64,000 nucleotides of DNA from Verrucomicrobiota bacterium. Lineage in GTDB: Bacteria > Verrucomicrobiota > Kiritimatiellia > UBA8416 > JBHORK01. Where the stretch lies: contig JBHORK010000004.1 in assembly GCA_042565725.1 (NCBI GenBank), positions 2,750-66,749 of the forward strand, read 5' to 3'. Positions 48,231 through 56,426 of the stretch are shown here, one piece after another. The notes beneath the pieces were generated by a model. It was not told the DNA's origin. It worked only from the letters and a program-made list of their open reading frames with translations, and did not search any database. Numbering within the stretch: position 1 is the stretch's first letter; each line of letters starts with the position of its first letter. The position numbers and the translations under genes were made by a program.

Positions 48231-48303
48231 TACTTACTCCAATATTTAATGAATATTCCAAAGGATAATTCTAAAACATTTATGCTAAAAATTCAATCAA
48301 ATG

Positions 48304-48350
48304 TCTCTATATCATGTGGTTCTGAATAATGCAACCACAATATATGGTAT
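48304..48350. promoter_or_regulatory. Candidate tandem NrdR boxes upstream of smc
   Basis: TCTCTATATCATGTGG (48304-48319) and CCACAATATATGGTAT (48335-48350) resemble acaCwAtATaTwGtg and are 31 bp apart. Confidence 0.55.
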
Positions 48351-48499
48351 ATATAGCGGCGAAAGATCGCCGCAGGTATTAGGGCTCAGAGGGAAAGCCT
48401 TCAGGGTGTTTTCTTGCCAATAGATAACACAGGTTTGTTTTTTCTAGCTTGTTTTATCGATTCCTTCTTTTCAATTGTTGTATGGGTGAAGTATATGGC

Positions 48500-50515
48500 A
48501 TGATAAATCGTATGAAGCTTTCGATAATCATTCCGGCGCATAATGAAGAGAAGAGAATAGGGCGTATGTTTGATGCCTATCTTCCCTTTTTTACGTCACG
48601 CTATGGCGATAATGTTGAATTCATTACGGTTATCAATGGCACTTCCGATCGAACGGAAGACGTTGTCAGGAAATACAGGGAGAAATATCCAAATCTGCGT
48701 TATATTGTTGAGCCGAAGAGTGTCGGCAAAGGCGGGGCGCTTATGTTGGGGTTCCCGGATGCGAGGGGGGATTTAATCGGGTTCTCAGATGCCGATGGAT
48801 CCACTACCCCGGAAGCTTTTCAGGACCTGGTGGATAATATTGGTGATTCTGATGCTATTATTGCCTCCCGGTGGTGTCGAGGCGCCAAGGTAAGTCCCAG
48901 ACAGCCTCTTTTGCGCAGAATAGCATCGCGGGTTTTTAATCTTCTGACGCGGATATTCTTTGGTCTTCCTCTTACCGACACTCAATGCGGTGCCAAGCTT
49001 ATAAAAAGGGAAGCTGTTATACGGGTACTGTCTAAACTTGGTCTTACGCATTGGGCTTTCGATGTGGACCTTCTCTTTCAGTTGAAAAGGGCTGGATATA
49101 AAATTATAGAAATTCCAACAACATGGCATGATGTTGAGGGGTCAAAGATAGAAATTACCCGGGTTTCTCTTGAGATGTTTGCCGCGTTGACGCGTTTGCG
49201 TTTGCTGTATTCTCCTTTTGCATGGGTGGTGACTTTGTATAATAAATATCTTGGGCCGTTTATTCATCCTCCCGGATTGGAACAGGACCACTTATTCAGA
49301 CACAGCCTTCTCTTGATGGTGGGAATGCAGATAGCAAGTTTTCTAAATGTGTTATTTCAAATAGCTATGATGAGAATGTTGTCTGGACCGGAATATGGCG
49401 ACATGGCTGTTATGCTTCGCGTTTTCTTGATTGTCAGCTTTTCAGTTGGGGCTTTCAGGTGGACTATGGCTCATTTTACCGCGCGCCTTATTAAAGAGGG
49501 TAATTCTGAGAAAGTTAAATCAATGATAGCGGATATAGTGCGGAGTTTTTTAATTTTAGGTATTTTAATCTTTGCGTTACTTGTGGTTGGTTCATCTGGT
49601 TTAGCGGGATTCTTTAATGTGGAAAGCAGTAAATTGATAATAGTAATGGGCGTATCTGTTATTGCGGGGCTTTATTCTCCGATATTGGCGGGGGTGTTAA
49701 ATGGTTGCCAGGCGTTTACATGGTTGTCTGGGACTGGAATCGCGTGGGGATTGATACGTTTGGTATTTGCAATTACTGCCGTGGCAATGGGTTTTTCGGC
49801 AGTTGGGGCAATGTCAGGTCATGCAACTGCCATGGCGGCGAGTATTGTTATTTATATTATTGCTTTAAGGAAATTATTAGGGCCGGGTATTTCAAGGACG
49901 GAGAGAGTTGTTGGTGTTTATCCGTATTTTTTCAAGTATGTAATAGCTTTGACCGCGTTCGCGGTTCTGATGAATGCGGATGTTTTAATTGTTAAACATT
50001 ATTTTGATTCGGTTACAGCGGGTTATTTTGCGAAGGCATCTGTTATTGCAAGCATTGTGGTTTTTCTGCCGCAACCTATTGCGATGGCAATGTTTCCCAA
50101 GGTTGTATCATCAGGTGATGCATCTTACGCGAGTTGTAGGATTCTGCTTAAAGCTTTGGCGCTGGCGGCGTTTATTATTGGTAGCGTAGCGTTGGCATGC
50201 ACGATCTTTCCGCAATTTTTCTTATGGTTGTTTAAAGGTGATCGATCGTTTGATTCAGTGCCGTTACTGCGCGGTATGGTATGGGCGTTGTGTCCTGTGA
50301 GTATGGTTTTTGTGATTATGAGCTACGAATTAGCACAGCGCAGATTCATGATTACATTACCTTTAATTATATGTGCCGTAGGATATATTGCGGGAGTTAC
50401 TGTATGGCACGAAACACCATTGCAGATTGTTGCCGTTTTGGGTATATCGGGTGTGTTTGCTCTGGCGTTTTCGATTATGTGTTTGCCGTGGCGTGTTATG
50501 CGTAAAGGTAAGTAG
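48500..50515 (+). CDS. Fusion of a polyprenol-phosphate glycosyltransferase (GT2) with a Wzx/MATE-like flippase domain
   Basis: N-terminal LSIIIPAHNEE, GKGGA, FSDADGS and DTQCGAK (Dol-P-Glc/Man synthase-like), then ~12 TM helices of flippase type. Start 48500 or 48512. Confidence 0.85.
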   Translation: MINRMKLSIIIPAHNEEKRIGRMFDAYLPFFTSRYGDNVEFITVINGTSDRTEDVVRKYREKYPNLRYIVEPKSVGKGGALMLGFPDARGDLIGFSDADGSTTPEAFQDLVDNIGDSDAIIASRWCRGAKVSPRQPLLRRIASRVFNLLTRIFFGLPLTDTQCGAKLIKREAVIRVLSKLGLTHWAFDVDLLFQLKRAGYKIIEIPTTWHDVEGSKIEITRVSLEMFAALTRLRLLYSPFAWVVTLYNKYLGPFIHPPGLEQDHLFRHSLLLMVGMQIASFLNVLFQIAMMRMLSGPEYGDMAVMLRVFLIVSFSVGAFRWTMAHFTARLIKEGNSEKVKSMIADIVRSFLILGILIFALLVVGSSGLAGFFNVESSKLIIVMGVSVIAGLYSPILAGVLNGCQAFTWLSGTGIAWGLIRLVFAITAVAMGFSAVGAMSGHATAMAASIVIYIIALRKLLGPGISRTERVVGVYPYFFKYVIALTAFAVLMNADVLIVKHYFDSVTAGYFAKASVIASIVVFLPQPIAMAMFPKVVSSGDASYASCRILLKALALAAFIIGSVALACTIFPQFFLWLFKGDRSFDSVPLLRGMVWALCPVSMVFVIMSYELAQRRFMITLPLIICAVGYIAGVTVWHETPLQIVAVLGISGVFALAFSIMCLPWRVMRKGK

Positions 50516-50692
50516 TCGAGCTATTAGTTAGTCGGTCCTGAAGAACCCTGTTTAAAGTTTGTTAACTTAAGAATGAAGTAAGAATTTCGTTCCCCCCTTC
50601 GCTCAGAAGCTACGGTGGGACAAGCGAAAATCAGACCCGCATCTCTTGTCGCTTCGGGATATGCTCTTTCTTGTCTGGAGCTCGAAGACTCG

Positions 50693-52315
50693 CTAGCCCG
50701 AATGTTTCATGAGTAAGATTTATTAACCGCCGATGAACGCCGATAGACGCAGATAAGATTTTCAGACAGGATCAATCCTCTGGATCCATAGGATCCAACG
50801 GATCCGAGGACAGGATTAACAGGATTTTTTATATCTGAGGACAGAGCTCCGCCATATCCTCCGTTCTTTTTCTGGTGCCGGGGACAGCACACTTTGTATA
50901 TCACTCGATTGCGAGGCGACGGGCAACATCAAGGAAGAGCGTTTGATAGGGATATGCACTTGATGCATGGAACCTGATTCGGCGAGTGTTACGAATAATC
51001 ACGCAACCTATCTTCAGGAGCTTCAGTCGGATGGTTCCACATTGAGCGTTGGCCATCGCTGTGCCTTTTAACGCTGTTCGTCGTATAGTTTCCACAAGAA
51101 CATATGCTAACCCGGAAAGCATCATGCGCAACTGATTCGGCCACCAGTTATGACAACTTGTGCGGTCACTGAACATATCGAGTTGCTGTTCTTTGATGCG
51201 GTTCTCCATGTCGCCACGCATTACATAATCTCGGTCGTAAAGCTTTTGAGGATCACCCGGCAGGTTGGTCGCAACGTAACGAGGGTTGCTGCCCATAGAA
51301 GAGTGTTCTGCTTTGACTATGATACGACGCTCTTTGTCCCAGGGCATGGCAGCGTATTGAACTGATGTAAACAGCCGCTGCTTTTCTCCTGTTTCACCAA
51401 ATAGCTTTTCTGCTTTTTCGATGAGCGGTGCAGCCACAGCATTGATGCGGGAGTTTTTCGCTAAGCCAATAATATAGCCCACTCTATGATTATCGCACCA
51501 CTGCATCATACGCCACTTGCAGTAACCACTGTCTCCTCGAATGATGATCTTCACACCCGGCCATTCTTTGCGAAGTCGTTCAACCAATAGACGCAGAATA
51601 GCCCATGCATGTCGCGCAGCGCCACGCCTGCTCGGACGAAGATATGAAACGAGTAACTGAGAACCGCAGAAGACATATAAAGGCAGAAAGCAGTAACTTC
51701 GGTAATACCCATGAAAGAACCGTCCAACCTGTTGGCCATGGATACGATCATCAGTAGCATCAAAATCCAGAACTAATCGTTTTGGCACCTCCTTAAATGA
51801 GGAAATAAACTTTTCTACAAGCAGATTAGATATTGCCCAGGCCGTTTCTCTGTCAGCGGCGTTTTCCAGTCGGCATAGCGTAGGAGCGCTGGCCAGGGCT
51901 TCATCACGCTCAACTGCGGTCTGTAATGCCAGATCATATCGCAAGGTCTTATGATCGTTCAGATCCTCGTAGCCAAGAGCCAGTCCGTAAATCCGCTGTT
52001 TGAAGAGCTTTTGAAGAGAGTGATCGCAGCTCTTTGTGCGGCGATTGTCCTTAAGCGCTTTGCTCAAGTCGCGTGTCAGGCCAATACAACGATCTGCTTG
52101 TCTTAGAAGCAGGCTGCCTGCGTCACTGGTGATATCGCCACCGTTAAAATCAAATTCTATTTTACGTGACTTATATGCTGGAAACAGCTCTTGTTGCGTG
52201 CTACACTTTGTCATGGTAACTCCTTTCTGTTGTGCTTTTGTAACTAACTGCACTATAACAGGTTACAAAGGAATTACCATCTTTTTCTAGAGGATTCGTG
52301 AAATATTGGGGCTAG
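50693..52315 (-). mobile_element. IS1380-family insertion sequence
   Basis: Imperfect terminal IRs CTAGCCCGAATGTTTCATGA (50693-50712) and the reverse complement of 52296-52315, CTAGCCCCAATATTTCACGA (17/20), enclosing the transposase. Confidence 0.9.
50901..52214 (-). CDS. IS1380-family DDE transposase
   Basis: FNGGDITSDAG, LGYEDLNDH, LDFDATDD, RGDSGY and RGDMENRIKEQQ motifs; appears intact. Start ATG 52214 follows AGAAAGGAG. Confidence 0.95.
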   Translation of the reverse strand: MTKCSTQQELFPAYKSRKIEFDFNGGDITSDAGSLLLRQADRCIGLTRDLSKALKDNRRTKSCDHSLQKLFKQRIYGLALGYEDLNDHKTLRYDLALQTAVERDEALASAPTLCRLENAADRETAWAISNLLVEKFISSFKEVPKRLVLDFDATDDRIHGQQVGRFFHGYYRSYCFLPLYVFCGSQLLVSYLRPSRRGAARHAWAILRLLVERLRKEWPGVKIIIRGDSGYCKWRMMQWCDNHRVGYIIGLAKNSRINAVAAPLIEKAEKLFGETGEKQRLFTSVQYAAMPWDKERRIIVKAEHSSMGSNPRYVATNLPGDPQKLYDRDYVMRGDMENRIKEQQLDMFSDRTSCHNWWPNQLRMMLSGLAYVLVETIRRTALKGTAMANAQCGTIRLKLLKIGCVIIRNTRRIRFHASSAYPYQTLFLDVARRLAIE

Positions 52316-52327
52316 CAACATCTCGAC

Positions 52328-53362
52328 ATGACAGACATACGACTCATAGCAACAGACTTTGACGGAACTCTTGCAGGCAGATCAGATGAATTTGCTTACT
52401 ACATAGAATTCCGCGATATCCTCAAACAACTGCGCAAGACACACAATACCACCTGGGTGGTATGTACAGGCCGATCCCTGAAAAGTCTCCGGCAGCTCTT
52501 GGCCCCAATGCAAATGATTGGAATAATGCCGAATTATGTTATCATGCAACACGCATATATCTACAGCTATTCCGATATCGGATATATTCCACATATATTC
52601 TGGAATTTGCGAGTCCTGTGTCACTTATGGGCCGACACGATACGGGACAAAAAAGCTATCAGGAAATGGTGTCATGAAGTTACAGGCTTTTTCCCTGCAG
52701 TAAAAATTGTTCGCATAAAAAAGGACCGGCTGTTCCTGCGCTTTAATTCCGATAATGCGGCATCTCTCGCCGTTGACATGCTCAAAGATAAAGTAAAACT
52801 GCACGAGCATTTAACATTATTCAAATATCCCAGGGAAATCGATATTCGACAAATTCTTTTCACAAAAGGTTTAGCGGTTTCTGAACTGGCACGACAGATC
52901 AGAATTGACCCCTCAAATATTCTGGCCATAGGAGATGGTCTCAATGATATAAGCATGCTGAATGGCCGTATAGCAAAGCTTACAGGCTGTCCTGCCAATG
53001 CGGCTAAAGATGTAATAGATACAGTCCATAAATCAGGTGGCCATATAGCAAAAGAAAACTCACTGAGCGGCGTAATTGAAACCTTGAAAGCCTATATGAA
53101 CAATACCGTCTGCAGTAACCGGCCCGAAGGCTGGGAGGATAGGGATCAGAAACAACCCCCCCCACTATCAAAAAAATTAGATCGAAGCGCTCAGAATGCT
53201 AAGATCTGGAAAAATGTGTGTTTATTTATCGTCGTAGTATATGTCTCACTCCTTATTTTTGCCAATTTCAACCTATTACCCTTCTCGCACCTCATTATGA
53301 AGCCTTTTCTGTTCCTGATGTCGCTTCTCGAAAAGATTATGGGAAAGCTGTTCTGGTCTTGA
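52328..53362 (+). CDS. HAD-superfamily (Cof/IIB-like) hydrolase with a C-terminal membrane segment
   Basis: IATDFDGTL motif I, VCTGRS motif II, TKG, and AIGDGLNDISM motif IV; hydrophobic C-terminus. Confidence 0.88.
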   Translation: MTDIRLIATDFDGTLAGRSDEFAYYIEFRDILKQLRKTHNTTWVVCTGRSLKSLRQLLAPMQMIGIMPNYVIMQHAYIYSYSDIGYIPHIFWNLRVLCHLWADTIRDKKAIRKWCHEVTGFFPAVKIVRIKKDRLFLRFNSDNAASLAVDMLKDKVKLHEHLTLFKYPREIDIRQILFTKGLAVSELARQIRIDPSNILAIGDGLNDISMLNGRIAKLTGCPANAAKDVIDTVHKSGGHIAKENSLSGVIETLKAYMNNTVCSNRPEGWEDRDQKQPPPLSKKLDRSAQNAKIWKNVCLFIVVVYVSLLIFANFNLLPFSHLIMKPFLFLMSLLEKIMGKLFWS

Positions 53363-53484
53363 TTCTATGATTCGTCTTCCGGGCGAGACAGGGTCTGGTC
53401 TTTCCGCCACAGGCGGATCCGCCCGCGGAGGAGAATTTAAAGGGCAAAAAGGGAAATTCAATCGGCCTGACACTAAACAAGCTG

Positions 53485-54915
53485 TTACGATTCGTCTTCA
53501 GATTTGTTTTCCGGTCCTGATTCCGGAGGCAAAGCCTCCTCCTCTTTCCCTTCTCCTTTAGGCAGCTTACGATAAAGCGTTGCCAAACTGATTCTTAAGG
53601 CTTCAGCGGCTTTTTCTTTGTCTCCGGCCAACGCTTTAACAACTTGCGTGAGGTACTCCTGCTCCTTAACTTGAAGAAACTTCTTGAGAGACTTGAAACG
53701 ATATCCACATTCTTCACCAGGATCTGAAGCAACATGAACATCACCAACTACATTGAGAATTTTTGGAGGTAGCACATCTCTTGTGATTTTGTTTCCGGTT
53801 GCAAAAGTTAGAGCATGTTTTATCGCATTTTCTAATTCGCGCACATTTCCCGGCCATGCATAACTTTCCAGTATTCTTTCAACTTCCAGATCTATTAATG
53901 GCGTTTTCTTGTTTGGCCCCAATTCCTGCCGCATGACATGATAAACCAGCGGCATAATGTCTTCCTTCCTTTTGCGCAAGGGTTCAATCGTAATCGGTAT
54001 GACGCTTAACCGGTAATACAAATCTTCCCTGAACCGTCCCGATTGCACAAGCTCTTCCAGACGAGTGTTTGTTGCTGCAAGAATTCGCGCGTTAACAGGA
54101 ATATGCTCATTCCCGCCAACCCTGCGTACTTCCTTTTCCTGAAGCACGCGTAAAAGCTTACCTTGTATACTCAAAGGCATTGCACCAATCTCGTCCAGAA
54201 AAATAATTCCTCCCTCGGCAGCTTCAAAAAGACCTTTCTTATCGGACGATGCTCCGGTAAACGATCCCTTTACATGGCCAAACATTTCGGATTCAAGAAG
54301 CGGTTCAGGCAGCGCAGCGCAGTTGACCGCCAGGAATTCCTTGTTACTGCGGTTGCTGTAAGCTCGAATAGCTTTGGCAACAAGCTCCTTGCCGGTTCCG
54401 CTTTCTCCGTATATCAACACTGTTGTGTCCGTCGGCGCTACACGTTCAATCATCTCACACGCGCTCTTCATTGAAGGACTTTCTGCCACGATATTCTCAA
54501 AACGATACTTGGTTTTGAGTTGAGCCTTCAGATTCATATTTTCGGAAAGTGCGCTTTTGTATTCTAACGCCCGGCGAATCGTAATAACAAGTTCATCAAC
54601 CTTAAAAGGTTTGGTTACGTAATCAAAAGCCCCAAGTTTTAATGCCTCTATCGCAGTTTCTATGGTTCCGTATGCCGTCAACATGATGACCGATATTTCC
54701 GGGTATTCGGAACAGGCGAACTCGAGCAGTTCCATGCCCCCAACGGGAGACATACGAATATCTGAGATCATAAGATCGAATGTCTCCGATTTCATGAGCT
54801 CCTTGGCTTTGGCCCCATCCAGCGTAGAAACAACTTCATAACCCTCAGCATTTAACAAGGTGCTCAGCACGCTGAGAATGTTGGCTTCATTATCAACCAG
54901 TAATATTCGAGACAT
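53485..54915 (-). CDS. Sigma-54-dependent response regulator (NtrC family)
   Basis: Receiver domain, GESGTGKE Walker A, GSFTGA (GAFTGA variant), FLDEI, WPGNVRELEN and a Fis-type HTH. Confidence 0.96.
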   Translation of the reverse strand: MSRILLVDNEANILSVLSTLLNAEGYEVVSTLDGAKAKELMKSETFDLMISDIRMSPVGGMELLEFACSEYPEISVIMLTAYGTIETAIEALKLGAFDYVTKPFKVDELVITIRRALEYKSALSENMNLKAQLKTKYRFENIVAESPSMKSACEMIERVAPTDTTVLIYGESGTGKELVAKAIRAYSNRSNKEFLAVNCAALPEPLLESEMFGHVKGSFTGASSDKKGLFEAAEGGIIFLDEIGAMPLSIQGKLLRVLQEKEVRRVGGNEHIPVNARILAATNTRLEELVQSGRFREDLYYRLSVIPITIEPLRKRKEDIMPLVYHVMRQELGPNKKTPLIDLEVERILESYAWPGNVRELENAIKHALTFATGNKITRDVLPPKILNVVGDVHVASDPGEECGYRFKSLKKFLQVKEQEYLTQVVKALAGDKEKAAEALRISLATLYRKLPKGEGKEEEALPPESGPENKSEDES

Positions 54916-55190
54916 AACTTTCCCTTTGCTTTAAATAGAAAAAACTACCCGTGAAGCACCTGACTCCAATAATATAATAATATGCGAATGATAGTAGCAA
55001 GAGAGAAATTCGCAAATATGCGAATGATATTGCTTTGTCTGCGTTATATGGATATAGTTCCAGTGTTTTTTGAATATTTATATGATCTGCTTAACCCGCA
55101 TATTGCAATAAGTGGGTTAGCCACAATAATCTTGCCATAGCATGGCAACACAGATGCTCTGCGATGCGGGATAAATATGGAGTAGTTTCT

Positions 55191-55988
55191 ATGAAAATAG
55201 GGTTTATCGGAGCAGGGAAAATGGCGGAAGCGATAATTGCCGCACTTATAAATTCCAAACTATTTGTGCCGCACCAGATATTTGCAGGTGATGTCAGTTC
55301 TGAAAGACGCAAACTGCTGAAGAGACGGTATGGCATCAATACATACTCTAACAATAATGCTATTCCCGGAATGGCGGAGATTATATTCCTTTCGGTCAAA
55401 CCGCAACAACTGGTTGACGTTCTGAACGAAATCTCCGGAGGTGTAAACAAGAGACATCTGGTTATTTCAATTGCCGCTGGAAAGAAAATATCATTTATAC
55501 AGTCATTGTTCTCCACTGCAAGAATCGCAAGGGTTATGCCTAATCTTGCCTGTCTTGTCTCCGAGGCAATGAGTGTCTTCTGTGTTGGAAAAACTGCTAC
55601 AGTCTCGGACAAAAAAACGGTTACAAGGATACTTTCATGTTTTGGTAAAGTAGCAGAACTCCCGGAAAGCCGATTCGACACAGTTACCGCACTGAGCGGT
55701 TCCGGCCCCGCTTTTTTCACATACTTCCTCGAAAGCATGGTAAACGCCGGAACTAAAGAAGGACTAAGCAGAAAAGATGCCCTTGCCCTTGCGGTACAAA
55801 CCATGCTGGGTACTTCGAAATTACTTATGGAGAAAAAAATAGATCCCGAAGAACTTATAATGTCCGTAACATCAGAAAAAGGCACAACTGCCGCAGGACT
55901 CGAAGTAATGGAAAACTCTGAGCTTTCAAAAATTGTGTGCAAAACAATAAAAGCTGCGGCAAAACGCAGTAAAGAACTCAGCGCCTAG
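55191..55988 (+). CDS. proC: Pyrroline-5-carboxylate reductase
   Basis: IGFIGAGKMAEAI, SVKPQ, RVMPN, ALSGSGPAF and VTSEKGTTAAG. Start ATG 55191 follows GGAG. Confidence 0.96.
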   Translation: MKIGFIGAGKMAEAIIAALINSKLFVPHQIFAGDVSSERRKLLKRRYGINTYSNNNAIPGMAEIIFLSVKPQQLVDVLNEISGGVNKRHLVISIAAGKKISFIQSLFSTARIARVMPNLACLVSEAMSVFCVGKTATVSDKKTVTRILSCFGKVAELPESRFDTVTALSGSGPAFFTYFLESMVNAGTKEGLSRKDALALAVQTMLGTSKLLMEKKIDPEELIMSVTSEKGTTAAGLEVMENSELSKIVCKTIKAAAKRSKELSA

Positions 55989-56141
55989 ACCGCATATTGC
56001 ATGAAGAAAGTCAAACGGTTTGGGTAAAGTATTGCAAGAACGATGTTTAGAAAAGAAGCGATGTCACTGTTTTAAGTTGCAAATTGTATACATGTGGATT
56101 AAAAGAAAAAGAATGTTTGGCTTTCTTCACTGAAGCGAGCC

Positions 56142-56226
56142 CAGAGCACCGAATTTGCTGCGTTCCGCGATGTTTCGCATAGAGTCTATAGCGAAACACC
56201 GCGCGTCTTGCACTTTCGGCACTCTG
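56142..56226. repeat. Structured palindromic element upstream of leuS, related to the core of 10878-11048
   Basis: Shares TGCTGCGTTCC and GCGYCTTGCA boxes with 10924-10981; inner stem TGTTTCGC/GCGAAACA. Confidence 0.65.
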
Positions 56227-56426
56227 AACTCGTGCAATAAGCAGGTTAATCCGGCACAGCCGGAAATAACGAATGACCCCGCCATTTGGCGGGACAAGCG
56301 AAATACCCAAATCCGAAGCCCAAATGACAAATTAGCAAGCCAGGGAGATCGCAGAGAGTTTGAATGAGATTATGTGAAAGATTCTGTTCATCGCAAACAA
56401 AATACGCTTCACGAGATACGCAAATA

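Noticed and set aside
47344-48249. 301-aa plus-strand ORF
   Set aside because: Antisense shadow of the conserved smc head domain, with no independent motifs.
50540-50570. dif site at the skew switch
   Set aside because: TTTGTTAACT resembles a XerD arm, but there is no XerC arm, and the same motif belongs to the MITE end also seen at ~15770.
55152-55170. Sigma-54 promoter before proC
   Set aside because: The GG and GC dinucleotides in TGGCAACACAGATGC are one base too far apart for a -24/-12 element.
56006-56426. T-box riboswitch upstream of leuS
   Set aside because: No T-box consensus (AAGGTGGTACC-like) or specifier-loop pattern is seen; the structure is better explained by the repeat family.
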